This document shows, piece by piece, positions 8,401 through 17,894 of a stretch of 35,666 nucleotides of DNA; the first letter of the stretch is position 1, and every line of letters starts with the position of its first letter. Position numbers and translations under genes: made by a program. Under the pieces are notes generated by a model. The model did no database searches and was not told the origin of the DNA. It worked only from the letters and a program-made list of their open reading frames with translations. This DNA is from a virus (taxonomy: Duplodnaviria; Caudoviricetes), in IMG/VR virus record IMGVR_UViG_3300045918_000224, positions 1 through 35,666 of that record; one strand, 5' to 3'.

Positions 8401-10841
8401 TCCATTGAGCCTAATGTATTGTATCTGAATTCATAACCTGATATATATGTCGCTGGATCAGTAGATTGATCCCATTGAAAAACGGTCACGCTTCCATTTT
8501 GTCCGGCTGAGAATCCTGTTACAACCGACGGTCTGCCTAGTCCGACGGGTATGGTGTATCGCGTGCTGGAAACCATTGACAGGTCATAACTCCCGCCGCC
8601 ATAATGGTTGAATGGAAGCAGCTTTATATAAATCGTTTTCCCCTCCCATGACGGGTCGAATGAAAACTTAGCCAATGCATTATCGAGCCTAACGAACGGA
8701 GTGCCTATGGGGTGATTGGCTTTGGCTGTATCGTATATATTATGATTAATGTACGTGTCCAGTGTATATTGATTGGTTGCCGTCAATACCGAATAGGAAT
8801 ACGAAACGAGTTCTGTGTTAGCCCCATCAACAAGTATAGACAATGTGATATTCGAGTTCGCGTCATCTACCGAACCACCATTAAATGTTGCACCCGATGA
8901 CGACGTGTCAATTATTATCGGACCAGCATCATTTGCAGATGTCCATGTTAATGAGTTGGTTGTATACCCATAGCGGGAAGCGCCATTTAGCGATGCAACT
9001 TTTTTATATGAAATATCATCAATGCTGGCATAGACATCGGCGCTCCCCCAATTAGAACCACCTGCCGAAGCCAACCATAATTCATAACCTGATGTGGTAA
9101 GTCGAGTAGGCGCTCTGAATATCACAGGTGTCTTACTTAATCCAGGGTCACCATTAGCGGCAGACGTGTAACCACCTTGCGGTTGGTGCGGATAAGCTGA
9201 AATTGTCGCGTTGTTTGATGGAAAATCTTCGGCAGTTATTTTTAGCTGCTCGTCCTCGTCTTCTTCGATTTCAATGATGCGAACCGGATATAAATTCATA
9301 TCTAACTCTGAATCAGTCAGCGTGACCAAATCCATCACCTCAAGAAGTGCATACTTCCAACCCAGCGTAAATTTATATTGGTTGCGCACATTCAAAACTC
9401 GTTGCAGCATCATCTGCACAACATTGCGGGCAATCTGTCCGTCAACAACATAATCCATCTGAACCTGTTGTTGCGCACGCACTCCGAACAGATTGATATT
9501 GCTCAAATCCGACGCAGATACCGTATTTGCGTTGTACTGATTCAACCGGTTCTTGTAGGCAACAGTGACCTGATTGAAAGCATCAGCCGTAGGCAGTCGG
9601 TGAACAGTGATTGGGTCAGTGGAGCTGTCTGCTATAAAATCGTCATCAGTGAGGTCATATTTTGGTGTGGTGTACCCGTATGTAGCTGGATCATAAGTGA
9701 TGCCTGACCTGCCACCATTTATCACGCTGTCACCGTAAGGTATTAGTTTTAATTTGCCATCAGACCAGACAGGTGCGGAGTTGCATATTGATGCTATATC
9801 GGTGATGACGTTGTGCCCTGCGACCTGTGAAATTAAAGCCGGTGCGATATATAAATCATTTGCGTCGCAGTATGCGGCAAACGATGTTAAATTACCAAGA
9901 GGGAATGTTGGACTTACTCCGAATGATGGATTTATCAGAAAGTCAGTGATTACATCCGACGGCCTTGCGTCGACGTTCACGCGCTGTATTGCAATCGAGC
10001 CTGTCCCAACGGGAAACGTCGTCGTTGTTGGTGATAAAAATGGGTTGGCTGTTTGATCGGCGGTTGAAATATATGGCTTGGCGGTCAATATGATATAGCT
10101 TTTTGTGACTCCACCGTACGTTACGCTTCCCACGCCGACATAATAATAATCAACGCCCATTAAAAACGGGGTAGGAAGTGCGACCAGAGGGGTATTTGTT
10201 TTGAATTGCACAATATCGTTAACCTGCAACCCAGCAGGGTAATTGTCAAGCACTAAACATTTAACGGTTGACCCGTCGTTGTGCAAGCTGATGACGTTTG
10301 ATATTGTTCCAGTAAACCCAACCGAATAACGCCCTGTCACTTCAAATGTATGATTAGGCATCTGTGCGGAGTCTGAAAGCACATATTGACTCCCTTGCAC
10401 TGTAGCAACTCCAGCATAGGCTAATCCTTGTCCTAAATTATTTCCCGCCCCTTTAATAGTTGCCTTTTCTCTGAAGAATGTCCACTTGTCCGACGCAGTT
10501 GGGCTAGGATTACCAACATTTAAGGTTAACCCAAGATTCGCTAACGTGGTATCGTTCTTTGCTGCCCACACCGATTTTACACCGCTGATTGGTCCTTCAC
10601 ACAACCCCATCAAGCCAGCAGCTTGATAGGAATAGGTTGTATTAGAATATGACCCACCACCCCCCTTGCCGCCTGTCTTAGCAACATGAGAAATAGCCAC
10701 AAAATAGCCATACCACAGTAAATTAGCCGCAATGCGCTGTTGTCCCCATACAAGCGGAATAGGCAATCCATAAGTCGACGTCTGGATATTCAGGTTGCCG
10801 ATAATCGGTGCAGACGTGTTGTTAGAGCCTCCTCCACTCAT
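5487..10841 (-). CDS. Tail tip/host-specificity protein (gpJ/Phage-tail_3-like) with FN3-like, beta-propeller and two carbohydrate-binding-like modules
   Basis: 1784 aa; QTSTYGLPIPLVWG, GLCEGPI, PNHTFEV, LEVMDLVTLTD; follows NlpC/P60; propeller blades (DPTGAFVYVAN, TPDGTMVY, DTSGAFIYSVN); two NLL.YS..F...WG.Q.E modules. Confidence 0.9.
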   Translation of the reverse strand: MSGGGSNNTSAPIIGNLNIQTSTYGLPIPLVWGQQRIAANLLWYGYFVAISHVAKTGGKGGGGSYSNTTYSYQAAGLMGLCEGPISGVKSVWAAKNDTTLANLGLTLNVGNPSPTASDKWTFFREKATIKGAGNNLGQGLAYAGVATVQGSQYVLSDSAQMPNHTFEVTGRYSVGFTGTISNVISLHNDGSTVKCLVLDNYPAGLQVNDIVQFKTNTPLVALPTPFLMGVDYYYVGVGSVTYGGVTKSYIILTAKPYISTADQTANPFLSPTTTTFPVGTGSIAIQRVNVDARPSDVITDFLINPSFGVSPTFPLGNLTSFAAYCDANDLYIAPALISQVAGHNVITDIASICNSAPVWSDGKLKLIPYGDSVINGGRSGITYDPATYGYTTPKYDLTDDDFIADSSTDPITVHRLPTADAFNQVTVAYKNRLNQYNANTVSASDLSNINLFGVRAQQQVQMDYVVDGQIARNVVQMMLQRVLNVRNQYKFTLGWKYALLEVMDLVTLTDSELDMNLYPVRIIEIEEDEDEQLKITAEDFPSNNATISAYPHQPQGGYTSAANGDPGLSKTPVIFRAPTRLTTSGYELWLASAGGSNWGSADVYASIDDISYKKVASLNGASRYGYTTNSLTWTSANDAGPIIIDTSSSGATFNGGSVDDANSNITLSILVDGANTELVSYSYSVLTATNQYTLDTYINHNIYDTAKANHPIGTPFVRLDNALAKFSFDPSWEGKTIYIKLLPFNHYGGGSYDLSMVSSTRYTIPVGLGRPSVVTGFSAGQNGSVTVFQWDQSTDPATYISGYEFRYNTLGSMDWAHGIAITRSTKGTQITTAKVPPGYWTLMCCAVDIAGRYSATPATFIINITNLNTIVYSEEESPAWVGTLNHLVRHPNGTLFPDSSNLAIAGSAMNFVNSVLGDVPEQCCEDPTGAFVYVANYGYLVSDGLPTYPGSIVLLNKASDGTLSYNTSYPCGSGTYGITMSADGNNVYATANDGAEIWVFTKSSDGTLTFIEKHSTYYGEPSENLLTYSDSFPVDRLMTQVSISPDLVYAPDSQTLGDTLYDTAVASVHTLSRPVPITGQYTYSCHFQAGSLGYVAMGFSTSSADLAWFNLASGIVGTVGSNLTNAMITGAGSAGWFRCSVSSVGSVNPTIGAATIMLVNGDTVTSYTGTGTGSVTVWGEQLESGSVLSAYTRTLNEPHNYGVAPISSSNLIPYSQDFGTAYWTRYSGSTVTSGNSAPDGTDTAFRLVNTSTVSMVFHNSLTAAATLPMTASVYVRRVTTTSITLSLTRTGASASVVLNPLNGTVTTSHTGTMSIVTADAIPVGGDWFRLTLTAVDSNLFITLFNFQLYGGLIGQTVDIWGAQFEIAAFLSPYYSTSGTAASARTLGGNPRDLVVTPDGTMVYISCADDAIRCFERNTASGVLNAIDNVPVHCAYGSAPHGIVVDTSGAFIYSVNYGNDTIQGYATGGALVPIGSPVATSLSGGEYPHYATVVGNRLYVAATNADTIAGFNLSAGIPTRFGIYPATLTQGITSTPDGTKIFATGFNADNGQVIFEYFIMSGGALQLVGETPSIGAQACIATHDGTGLLVTNGSETLSYKLDDGWSTFNQFVPEPYDVCEYIHPVVDIGFDSNDRAWSEITGYIPPTSYGAVAPVLSVSYCNTATYPTFSSWFPWSVGVVPARYVQMKVSINTMDGIPAINSFKPTIDATTGLQQSGAATIMATGGTAITYPSRYHNNPIVTITPTVVGLYGVVTATSPTTFTARLYTAGGTETTGTFNWTSTGA

Positions 10842-11269
10842 TTTGAATCCTCGTCGAAGAAGCTAAAATATTTAACTTGCCGCCCTGCCAAGTCGCCTTG
10901 TGTTATATCGCCTGCCACCACCGCACCAGCCACGCGGTAAGCATGTATGATATTAGGATGGTCAATTATAATGCCTGCATGACTATAAATCCTACCGAAT
11001 CGCCATAATGCAACATCGCCCATTTTAGGGGTTTTCACTTCGTGCGCATAGCGAGTTAATACCGCTAGAACTGTTTCCTCGCTCCTATGCTGCATTATAT
11101 CAATGGGGTAGTAAGGTATGTCATGCCTGTTCACATTAATCAATCCTACCGCCGTATAAACACCAGCCAGCAGAAACACACAATCAACACCGGCACCCTT
11201 GACGCAAGCGCGATGATGCCACGGCGTACCGATCCACGAATAGGCCTCGTCAATGATCTTTTGCCTCAC
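10838..11269 (-). CDS. NlpC/P60 tail-associated peptidase
   Basis: WIGTPWHH..GVDC and SHAGI..IIHA motifs; lies between DUF2163 and the tail tip. Confidence 0.93.
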   Translation of the reverse strand: MRQKIIDEAYSWIGTPWHHRACVKGAGVDCVFLLAGVYTAVGLINVNRHDIPYYPIDIMQHRSEETVLAVLTRYAHEVKTPKMGDVALWRFGRIYSHAGIIIDHPNIIHAYRVAGAVVAGDITQGDLAGRQVKYFSFFDEDSK

Positions 11270-12396
11270 GTCATCACATCCGGTGATGGGATATAGGGAA
11301 ACCCGCGATACCGTTCAACATTTGTTTTGGTGAACGTGGCGAGAGTGTTGGTTATGGCGGTCGTGATTGTCGATGATGGGTAAATATAATACTTACTCCC
11401 TGCTGTTTTCCCGTCTGAACCTGGATAATAGTTAATAACCCGCGCTGAATTACCATAGAACGCCAATATTTGATCTACATCAATAGGCTGAGCAAGTGTT
11501 GTTCTAAGCGTCATTATTGAATACGAGCCTGTTGGAGTTGCAATGTCGACGTAGGCAGATGGGTTGGCAATCACGAAGCCGTTGCAGCTTGAATATGTTT
11601 TATCACACCCACGATAAACTGCGAATTGATCGCCGCCTGCCGGTGCGAGGGGGAATGGATTAAGTAAATCGATATATGAACTGGTCGCAGATTTAATAGT
11701 GCGATACAAGCCTGTATTAGCACCAGTTGTGAACTCGATCATGCCCAGCGGCAATTGGGTGAGATCTACTCCGAGTTCTGTCCACAAAATGCGTGATGCC
11801 GTGCTACCACCATTGGCAAATGCTGGGGTAACTGGCGTTTTCGGAACTGCACACATAGTATCATATAGCGTGTTGATACATCCAGGCTGGTATGTGTTGC
11901 GTGGCATCATCATGTTTAGTAATTCAAGTTGACTATTGACCGTTAACTTGGCTTCAGTCCTGCCTACATCAACCGTAGACACAGCCCCGCTGAATTGGTA
12001 TAGACCGCCCACCAAAAGACCTGCAACTTGCATATAGGCACGATCTAACCGCACGACAGCGCCATCAAGCTCGCCCGTCCTTGCTGCCTTGATAACACTT
12101 ACGCCATTAACTAATGTTGTTGCGTCGCCATATAACGTTACATCCATAGAATCTACCACCACGCCAACGACCGTCTTGACCTTAGTGCGCGTAAATCGAA
12201 TTGAGTTGCTCAGAAATGTTCGCCCACGTATTGCAACATCGAAATCGGAGGTGTTCGGAACTGATATATCAAAATCAGCCGACGTGATTCGCACGACGTT
12301 GCCGTGTAACGGTGTTAACGTCAACAAGTCCGCCATTACGACTTGCGTAGTATTGCTGTTTAGGAAATTGGTAAGCGCCGTGTTAGCTGTCTTCAT
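11266..12396 (-). CDS. DUF2163/BR0599-family tail hub protein
   Basis: ATG at 12396 (ATGA overlap); PRNTYQPGC.NTLYD..C, GCDKT..SC and RGFPYIP motifs. Confidence 0.88.
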   Translation of the reverse strand: MKTANTALTNFLNSNTTQVVMADLLTLTPLHGNVVRITSADFDISVPNTSDFDVAIRGRTFLSNSIRFTRTKVKTVVGVVVDSMDVTLYGDATTLVNGVSVIKAARTGELDGAVVRLDRAYMQVAGLLVGGLYQFSGAVSTVDVGRTEAKLTVNSQLELLNMMMPRNTYQPGCINTLYDTMCAVPKTPVTPAFANGGSTASRILWTELGVDLTQLPLGMIEFTTGANTGLYRTIKSATSSYIDLLNPFPLAPAGGDQFAVYRGCDKTYSSCNGFVIANPSAYVDIATPTGSYSIMTLRTTLAQPIDVDQILAFYGNSARVINYYPGSDGKTAGSKYYIYPSSTITTAITNTLATFTKTNVERYRGFPYIPSPDVMT

Positions 12397-13031
12397 ATCT
12401 TCAATCCGAGACTTCCGATCAGCTCCAATTTCTTCACTGACCATAGTCGATACATGAAATTCTCAAAATCGGTAGAATCCTTCAGGAACCGGCAACGGTA
12501 ATAGTAGGAGCCTGACCATTTAACTGTATACCCTGATGTTGGAGCGGTAACGAAGTTTATCACCCCATTACCATCAATTGTGTAATTTGTTGTGTATGTC
12601 TGGGGAATATCGGTAGTGCCATTGTTGATGTAAACAAGCGGGGTTGTTCCGGGCAGTCCATTTATGCCAGCTATGTTTGAAACTAATTCAGCAGTCCCGC
12701 CAAATGACCTGTATGCTTGGAATGCACGGGTAGACCCATCACCAACACCCGTCGCTTGCAATGTGACTGCATTGTCAAACCAATCAGTAAACAGAAAGCT
12801 GTCGTAGCTTCCTTGTCGAGCATTAAAAAACGCCACTAACTGCTGCAACTCATTAAATGAATCAGCCCGCAATAGCTCATAGGTTAGCCCGAATGTGTAA
12901 ATAGGTTGCTGATATAAAGCACTCCGGTATTCTTTGCCACTCGCTGCTTTTTGAATACGGGTTGACCATTGTGGAGTCTTAATACGACTCCATCCTAATC
13001 CTGCCAGCACGGGAAATACAGCATTGCTCAT
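12393..13031 (-). CDS. DUF2460-family distal tail protein
   Basis: PQWSTRIQKAASGKEYR, FFNARQG.YDSFLF.D, GVGDGSTRAFQ motifs; immediately after the tape measure gene. Confidence 0.9.
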   Translation of the reverse strand: MSNAVFPVLAGLGWSRIKTPQWSTRIQKAASGKEYRSALYQQPIYTFGLTYELLRADSFNELQQLVAFFNARQGSYDSFLFTDWFDNAVTLQATGVGDGSTRAFQAYRSFGGTAELVSNIAGINGLPGTTPLVYINNGTTDIPQTYTTNYTIDGNGVINFVTAPTSGYTVKWSGSYYYRCRFLKDSTDFENFMYRLWSVKKLELIGSLGLKI

Positions 13032-15589
13032 TATGCGCGCCCCATGTTGAAGTTACGCGCCTGCCCCTTGAGGGTGTCCATCATCGTTGCCCCGTGCTTG
13101 GTGAAGAACTGCTTAACTCCTACCGCGTCCATAGCGTGAATGTGAATGGTTGGTTGTTGTGCTGCACCGCCGCCTGCAATCATGTCGCGAAGTGGTCCAG
13201 CGATATGTGCGGGTAAGATGGTTTCATTCTTGTGCACCAGATTCAGACGGTCTTCACCTACATTCCATTCTCCACCTTCCGATGAAAATAATGACTTGGC
13301 ACCTAATGCCAACGCCACCATTGCAGCAAATGCGCCGACGGCAAGGTCTGGACCGACAATAGGTATTGGCGCTTGTGATGCGACGGCACCCGCACCCGCT
13401 GCCGCAGCACTAGTTTCAACTTTCACGATTGCCGTGCCCACAGATGTCGCTTTATCCACAACAGCAGCTTCTAACCCAAGTGCTGTTCGTGCCGCAGTCC
13501 ATACCTGCGTAGCCGTGGTCATAATAACCTCCTTCATGATCCACTGAGCCGCCGCATCTGTAGCCATCTTCAGGAACGCACTGCCAATCGCTGATGTCAT
13601 GGTGTGCATGGCCTTACTGAATGATGCTGTGCCATTGAGCATCGTTTCCATTGCAGTAGACATTCCGCTTTCGACGGGCTTCATTACGCCGTCCATTGTT
13701 TTCTTTTGATCGACGGCTATTTGTTGTGTGAAACCGCTCAAGGTTGCAGTGTGTTTGCGATACAAGTCTTCAATCTTCTCTAAGTCCTTACGCTGCGCAA
13801 CAACATCTCCTTCATGCAATGCGTATAAGTCCATCTGCGATGCAACGGCAAGAGCATATTTAGCATCTTCCAAATCAGCCATTGTTTGCATTTCTTGCTG
13901 TTTACTGATAAGCCCCAACTCTGCGCTTTGCTTGATGTTCAATTCTTTTACGGCAATATCGTCAGACGCGGCCTTGCGGTCTTCGTCAATAACCATGCGG
14001 GACAAAGTTAGTTTATCCTTGATACTTTTCGTCAAGTCGGCAAGCTCCGCGCCTTGCGCCTTTTTTACTATAGTGTTGTAATCCTCAGTGGACAAATTAG
14101 ACAGCTTCAGCATAGCAGCCCAATATGCTGACTCCTCCTCCTTCAGCATGATATGGCCTGCACGCGCCATGGTCAGCTTAGCATTTTGCAACTCTTGCTC
14201 TAAGGCGGGCATCTGTGAAGGCGCCGGCGTCTTCTTATCAGCGCCTTCGTCACCAAGATGTTTTAAATTCTCATTCTTAGGCTTTACCTTCGCAGTGTCC
14301 GTAACATGAGCTGTTCCGTTCATTAGCTTTTCAAACGACTGCACGGCCTTCTCCGCATTGCCCGCTAAATCCTCATTTATGCCATCTGAAACCGCCTTAA
14401 TGTTGGACAGGCCTTCCTTGTATTTTGCTGCGACCCTGTCTCCCCAACCAACACCCCAGTTGTGGTAATCAAGTGCTGCTCCCGCTGTGTTTGCGAACAG
14501 TGCCAGGTCAGCAACCATCATAGCAAGAGCGCCTTTAAGCACAGTTGCTAGATTATTAAAGGCTAACTCAAGCACAATGACTGAAATGCCAACCAGCTTG
14601 AGTACATTTTGGAAAAACTCCATTGCCGTTACGCCCGATCCTCCACCACCAAATATCGCTCCAATGATTGAACCAATAGACGAAAATATAGTGCTAACAA
14701 CGCTCCATAATGTGCGTAGTACATCACCTATGGCATTAGCCACCGTTACATAAACGTCCATTGCAGTGCGTATCACAGCAGTTATAGATGGACCAATAGC
14801 AATGAACATCTTGCCGAGTTCGGCTAATCTCGGAATCATTGTGTCTCCGATGACTTTTTGCACCGCATCAAAGACGTTGTGAACGTCCATCATCGTGTCT
14901 TTATAGTCGCGCGCCGATGCTGCGTTTTGTGGTGTGATGGTGCTGCCTAATTCCCTTTGTAGATCTGCTGTAGCTTGTAGAGCTTCTTTGTTAACTCGCA
15001 GCATTGAATTAATATCACCAACCCTTCCCCCGAACACGCGCATAGCAGCGTTGTTTCTGTCCACGCCCTCGGCATATCCACCAACGACTTGCAACGCACT
15101 CATCATCATGTCACGTTGATTCAGCAAGTCACCGTTTACGTTACGCGTCTGAACGCCCATTGCATTCATGCCGTCTTCGTTCGATTTAACTTGACGGTTC
15201 AGACGCTGTGCCATACCTGTGAACTGTTCTGAAGACGAACCGACATCGTGCAATGTGTCGCCAAGGACACCGGCTTCTTGGATTGTTATACCTAATTGTT
15301 TTGATAGTTTGCTTGCTTCACTGGACATTTCGATGGTCTTTTCGACCATCTTTTTCATGCCTTCGCCGCCTTCCATAGCGGTCTGGAAGACTTGCATAGC
15401 TTGATTGACTTTAAGGAAGGATGCTGTTACACCTTCCATTGCTCCTTTGACTGATTCTTGCAGTCCCTTAACCTGCTCGGATATTTTGGACGTTGACTCA
15501 GTGAAAGCAGAGCTCGCCTCTTTTAGCTTCTCTTTTAAGTCAGAAACGTCCGCGCCTAATTTTACTATTGCTTCGGAGTCATTGGCCAT
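13031..15589 (-). CDS. Tape measure protein
   Basis: 852 aa, Ala-rich and helical; C-terminal VHKNETILPA and IHAMDA motifs; follows the chaperones. Confidence 0.92.
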   Translation of the reverse strand: MANDSEAIVKLGADVSDLKEKLKEASSAFTESTSKISEQVKGLQESVKGAMEGVTASFLKVNQAMQVFQTAMEGGEGMKKMVEKTIEMSSEASKLSKQLGITIQEAGVLGDTLHDVGSSSEQFTGMAQRLNRQVKSNEDGMNAMGVQTRNVNGDLLNQRDMMMSALQVVGGYAEGVDRNNAAMRVFGGRVGDINSMLRVNKEALQATADLQRELGSTITPQNAASARDYKDTMMDVHNVFDAVQKVIGDTMIPRLAELGKMFIAIGPSITAVIRTAMDVYVTVANAIGDVLRTLWSVVSTIFSSIGSIIGAIFGGGGSGVTAMEFFQNVLKLVGISVIVLELAFNNLATVLKGALAMMVADLALFANTAGAALDYHNWGVGWGDRVAAKYKEGLSNIKAVSDGINEDLAGNAEKAVQSFEKLMNGTAHVTDTAKVKPKNENLKHLGDEGADKKTPAPSQMPALEQELQNAKLTMARAGHIMLKEEESAYWAAMLKLSNLSTEDYNTIVKKAQGAELADLTKSIKDKLTLSRMVIDEDRKAASDDIAVKELNIKQSAELGLISKQQEMQTMADLEDAKYALAVASQMDLYALHEGDVVAQRKDLEKIEDLYRKHTATLSGFTQQIAVDQKKTMDGVMKPVESGMSTAMETMLNGTASFSKAMHTMTSAIGSAFLKMATDAAAQWIMKEVIMTTATQVWTAARTALGLEAAVVDKATSVGTAIVKVETSAAAAGAGAVASQAPIPIVGPDLAVGAFAAMVALALGAKSLFSSEGGEWNVGEDRLNLVHKNETILPAHIAGPLRDMIAGGGAAQQPTIHIHAMDAVGVKQFFTKHGATMMDTLKGQARNFNMGRA

Positions 15590-15830
15590 TGTGTATCCCC
15601 GTCATTGCTAAGAATTCTTCAATGCCTTGCGGCTTGCTTGGTTTTTCATATCCGATGTATGCCTTTACGAGAAGATGCAGAGGGGGATTCGCATCCCAAT
15701 AACTTTGCATCGCCTTGAGCCTGTCCATCGTCATGTGGTCGTCAATATACTCCCATGTCATTGACGGGAAGCATGTGATCAAATGGCAGTAGAGGGAATC
15801 CCATCCGTCACTGCCGTCTGAGCTTCCCCC
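15579..15830 (-). CDS. Tail assembly chaperone GT, C-terminal (-1 frame) part
   Basis: WDSLYCHLI..TWEYID..YW.ANPP; lies in the -1 frame of the G gene downstream of GGGGGAA. Confidence 0.75.
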   Translation of the reverse strand, partial: GGSSDGSDGWDSLYCHLITCFPSMTWEYIDDHMTMDRLKAMQSYWDANPPLHLLVKAYIGYEKPSKPQGIEEFLAMTGIHNGQ

Positions 15831-16099
15831 GATGACACCGCCTTTTGTACCAGCCCGCAAATCTCGGGGATAGCGGAAATGGCATCTGTCATCTCAGCAA
15901 TAGTAATCGACATCTCATCAACTTCGTCAGATGTCTTTCCGATCAGCAGCCCAATTACCACAGATGCCTCAGCCATTGCCGTTTCGGTAGATTCGCCAGC
16001 AACACGCATCCGGTTAAACGATGAAATGATCTTGCGCAACCTTCCGAAAGGGGGTTGCGCAATCTCAACTACTTGACCAGCCAGTTTCAATTGCGCCAT
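15779..16099 (-). CDS. Tail assembly chaperone G
   Basis: 106 aa; between tube and tape measure; slippery site near its 3' end. Confidence 0.8.
   Translation of the reverse strand: MAQLKLAGQVVEIAQPPFGRLRKIISSFNRMRVAGESTETAMAEASVVIGLLIGKTSDEVDEMSITIAEMTDAISAIPEICGLVQKAVSSGEAQTAVTDGIPSTAI
15824..15830 (-). promoter_or_regulatory. Programmed -1 frameshift site G-GGG-GAA
   Basis: TCG GGG GAA in the G frame; a -1 slip enters the 15579 ORF; canonical position between tube and tape measure genes. Confidence 0.75.
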
Positions 16100-16101
16100 T
16101 A

Positions 16102-16860
16102 TTATTCACCAATTCCGAGAGTGTAAATATTACCGGTTGAGTCAGCGAAGCATTCAAAGTCGATAGACGGAATGGCATAATCATCAAGCTTGGTTGCAAT
16201 CGATAGCTTGCCGGCTGTGGCTTGAGGGAATTTGAATGTATATTGCTTGCCGCCGAACGGGATAACAATATCGAGTGCAACTAGTGGAGTGGAGCCGAGC
16301 AACTGGCTGGATACAGCAATCTTGTTTCCGGTCGTGATCGTGTAACGATAGTCAATATATACTTTTTGTCCCGCAAATGACGTTACGTCAGCAGCGGCAA
16401 ATGCATACGCACCAGCTGTAACAGCGTACTGTCCAGCAGCGGGCGCTGAAGCCACACGAGTCATCGGAACACCTGACGGATTGCGCACACCCATGTCAGC
16501 AGCCCAAGTGCCAGAGCCTGGAACTGTTGGCGTCGTAGATGCGACGCAAGTGATACCTACAATGTCCTGATAGTAATTGTCTTGGCCTGTAGCAATAGTC
16601 TGCCCGAAGAATGCGTTGTTGTACAAAGCACCGTTTACCTGAGCGTGTTTGGCTTTGACCTGCACCTTGCCCTTGCCACGAGCAACAGACAGTGGCATTT
16701 GGTTTTGACCATAAAGCATCTTTGTGTCGAACGATGTGTCAATGGATATATCCTGACAGCCGAGGAATTTAACTGGCGTCGGATTGGTTACGGCGTTACC
16801 CGATGCGTCCTGAAGTGGTGTGGCGTAAATTGCGCCTGAACCGAATAAAAACTGACTCAT
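16102..16860 (-). CDS. Major tail tube protein
   Basis: 252 aa beta-rich; strong GGAAAGGA RBS; between tail terminator and chaperones. Confidence 0.8.
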   Translation of the reverse strand: MSQFLFGSGAIYATPLQDASGNAVTNPTPVKFLGCQDISIDTSFDTKMLYGQNQMPLSVARGKGKVQVKAKHAQVNGALYNNAFFGQTIATGQDNYYQDIVGITCVASTTPTVPGSGTWAADMGVRNPSGVPMTRVASAPAAGQYAVTAGAYAFAAADVTSFAGQKVYIDYRYTITTGNKIAVSSQLLGSTPLVALDIVIPFGGKQYTFKFPQATAGKLSIATKLDDYAIPSIDFECFADSTGNIYTLGIGE

Positions 16861-16876
16861 GATCTTTCCTTTCCAA

Positions 16877-16898
16877 AGCGCCTCACGGCGTTAATTGT
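16877..16898 (-). promoter_or_regulatory. 5'-UTR GNRA hairpin CGCC-GTGA-GGCG upstream of the tube RBS
   Basis: Near-identical to 5063..5084. Confidence 0.7.
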
Positions 16899-16932
16899 AG
16901 TGCTAAAATAATACCCTAATTATCCCGCATTT

Positions 16933-17373
16933 CTATGCGTCCGGCAGAAATATTTCAACAGGTATCACTGCCAACGCTGTGTCATCTTGAACCCCTTCAA
17001 CAATTTGTATGCTGCCTGCTATTCTACAACGCTCAACAAGCCCTCCCAATGTCTGCTCACCTATCGCGATAGGCGGTTCTATGATAGCAGTAACTGCATC
17101 AAGGACTGGGTTCAAAACTGACGAAGGAACCACGTCAGGGTCGTTGGCTCCGGTATTAACGAATATTGCCACATCGACAGTAATATTCCATTTACCAGGT
17201 AGCTTAGTTTGCGCCTGATGTGATTCAGTATGTTGCGTCATAAACAGGGCTGGACAATCGGCAGGTGAAACATTGTTGAAGCTCTTCAACCTGCGTGATG
17301 CAGATACAATGCCTGTCGCGTTGGATAACAGCATAAACAGTGCCACATAAATGGGTTCTCGCTGAATGCTCAT
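16933..17373 (-). CDS. Tail terminator/completion protein
   Basis: 146 aa; precedes the tube gene; PALF and QTLGGLV motifs. Confidence 0.7.
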   Translation of the reverse strand: MSIQREPIYVALFMLLSNATGIVSASRRLKSFNNVSPADCPALFMTQHTESHQAQTKLPGKWNITVDVAIFVNTGANDPDVVPSSVLNPVLDAVTAIIEPPIAIGEQTLGGLVERCRIAGSIQIVEGVQDDTALAVIPVEIFLPDA

Positions 17374-17894
17374 TGCAGTGCCTTCCGCATAGCTGCCGTT
17401 AACTGCGCAGTTATCTCACCCCGCATTTCACTTAACGCCGAACGTAAATATGAATGCGCAGGGTAATTGACTTGTCGGCTGTGCGCATGAACGATGATCA
17501 CTCCTGCGCCTTTTCCTTTTGCCTTACTGGGGCGAGTCTCGTTGCCGAGTTTGTTGAACTTGGCTGTTGCCATTTGAGCGCGACTTCTGCGCACGTATTC
17601 ACGAACAGATTCTATCCCTTGAAAGCCGTACTCCTGCCTTGCAGCATAGGGCACGTTCGCCCCTACAACACCCGTAAAGCCATTATCTTCTGTTGTAACG
17701 TAGATTGACCTAGACAGGTCGCCTGTAACCCGTTTAAGGGGCGTTCCGGACAGTTTGTTGGTGCGTACATTGCGCTGTAGATTGAATGACAATCGCAACA
17801 CAGCAGCGCGTATTGCACTTTCAGTGTCCGCGGCTCGACGTTGAAGTGCAGCTTGCACCGCCTTATCGCCGACAATCCGCCCTGTAATAATCAC
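17370..17894 (-). CDS. HK97 gp10-like neck/tail completion protein
   Basis: TGDLSRSI, VGANVPYAARQEYG and PAHSYLRSAL motifs. Confidence 0.82.
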   Translation of the reverse strand: MIITGRIVGDKAVQAALQRRAADTESAIRAAVLRLSFNLQRNVRTNKLSGTPLKRVTGDLSRSIYVTTEDNGFTGVVGANVPYAARQEYGFQGIESVREYVRRSRAQMATAKFNKLGNETRPSKAKGKGAGVIIVHAHSRQVNYPAHSYLRSALSEMRGEITAQLTAAMRKALQ

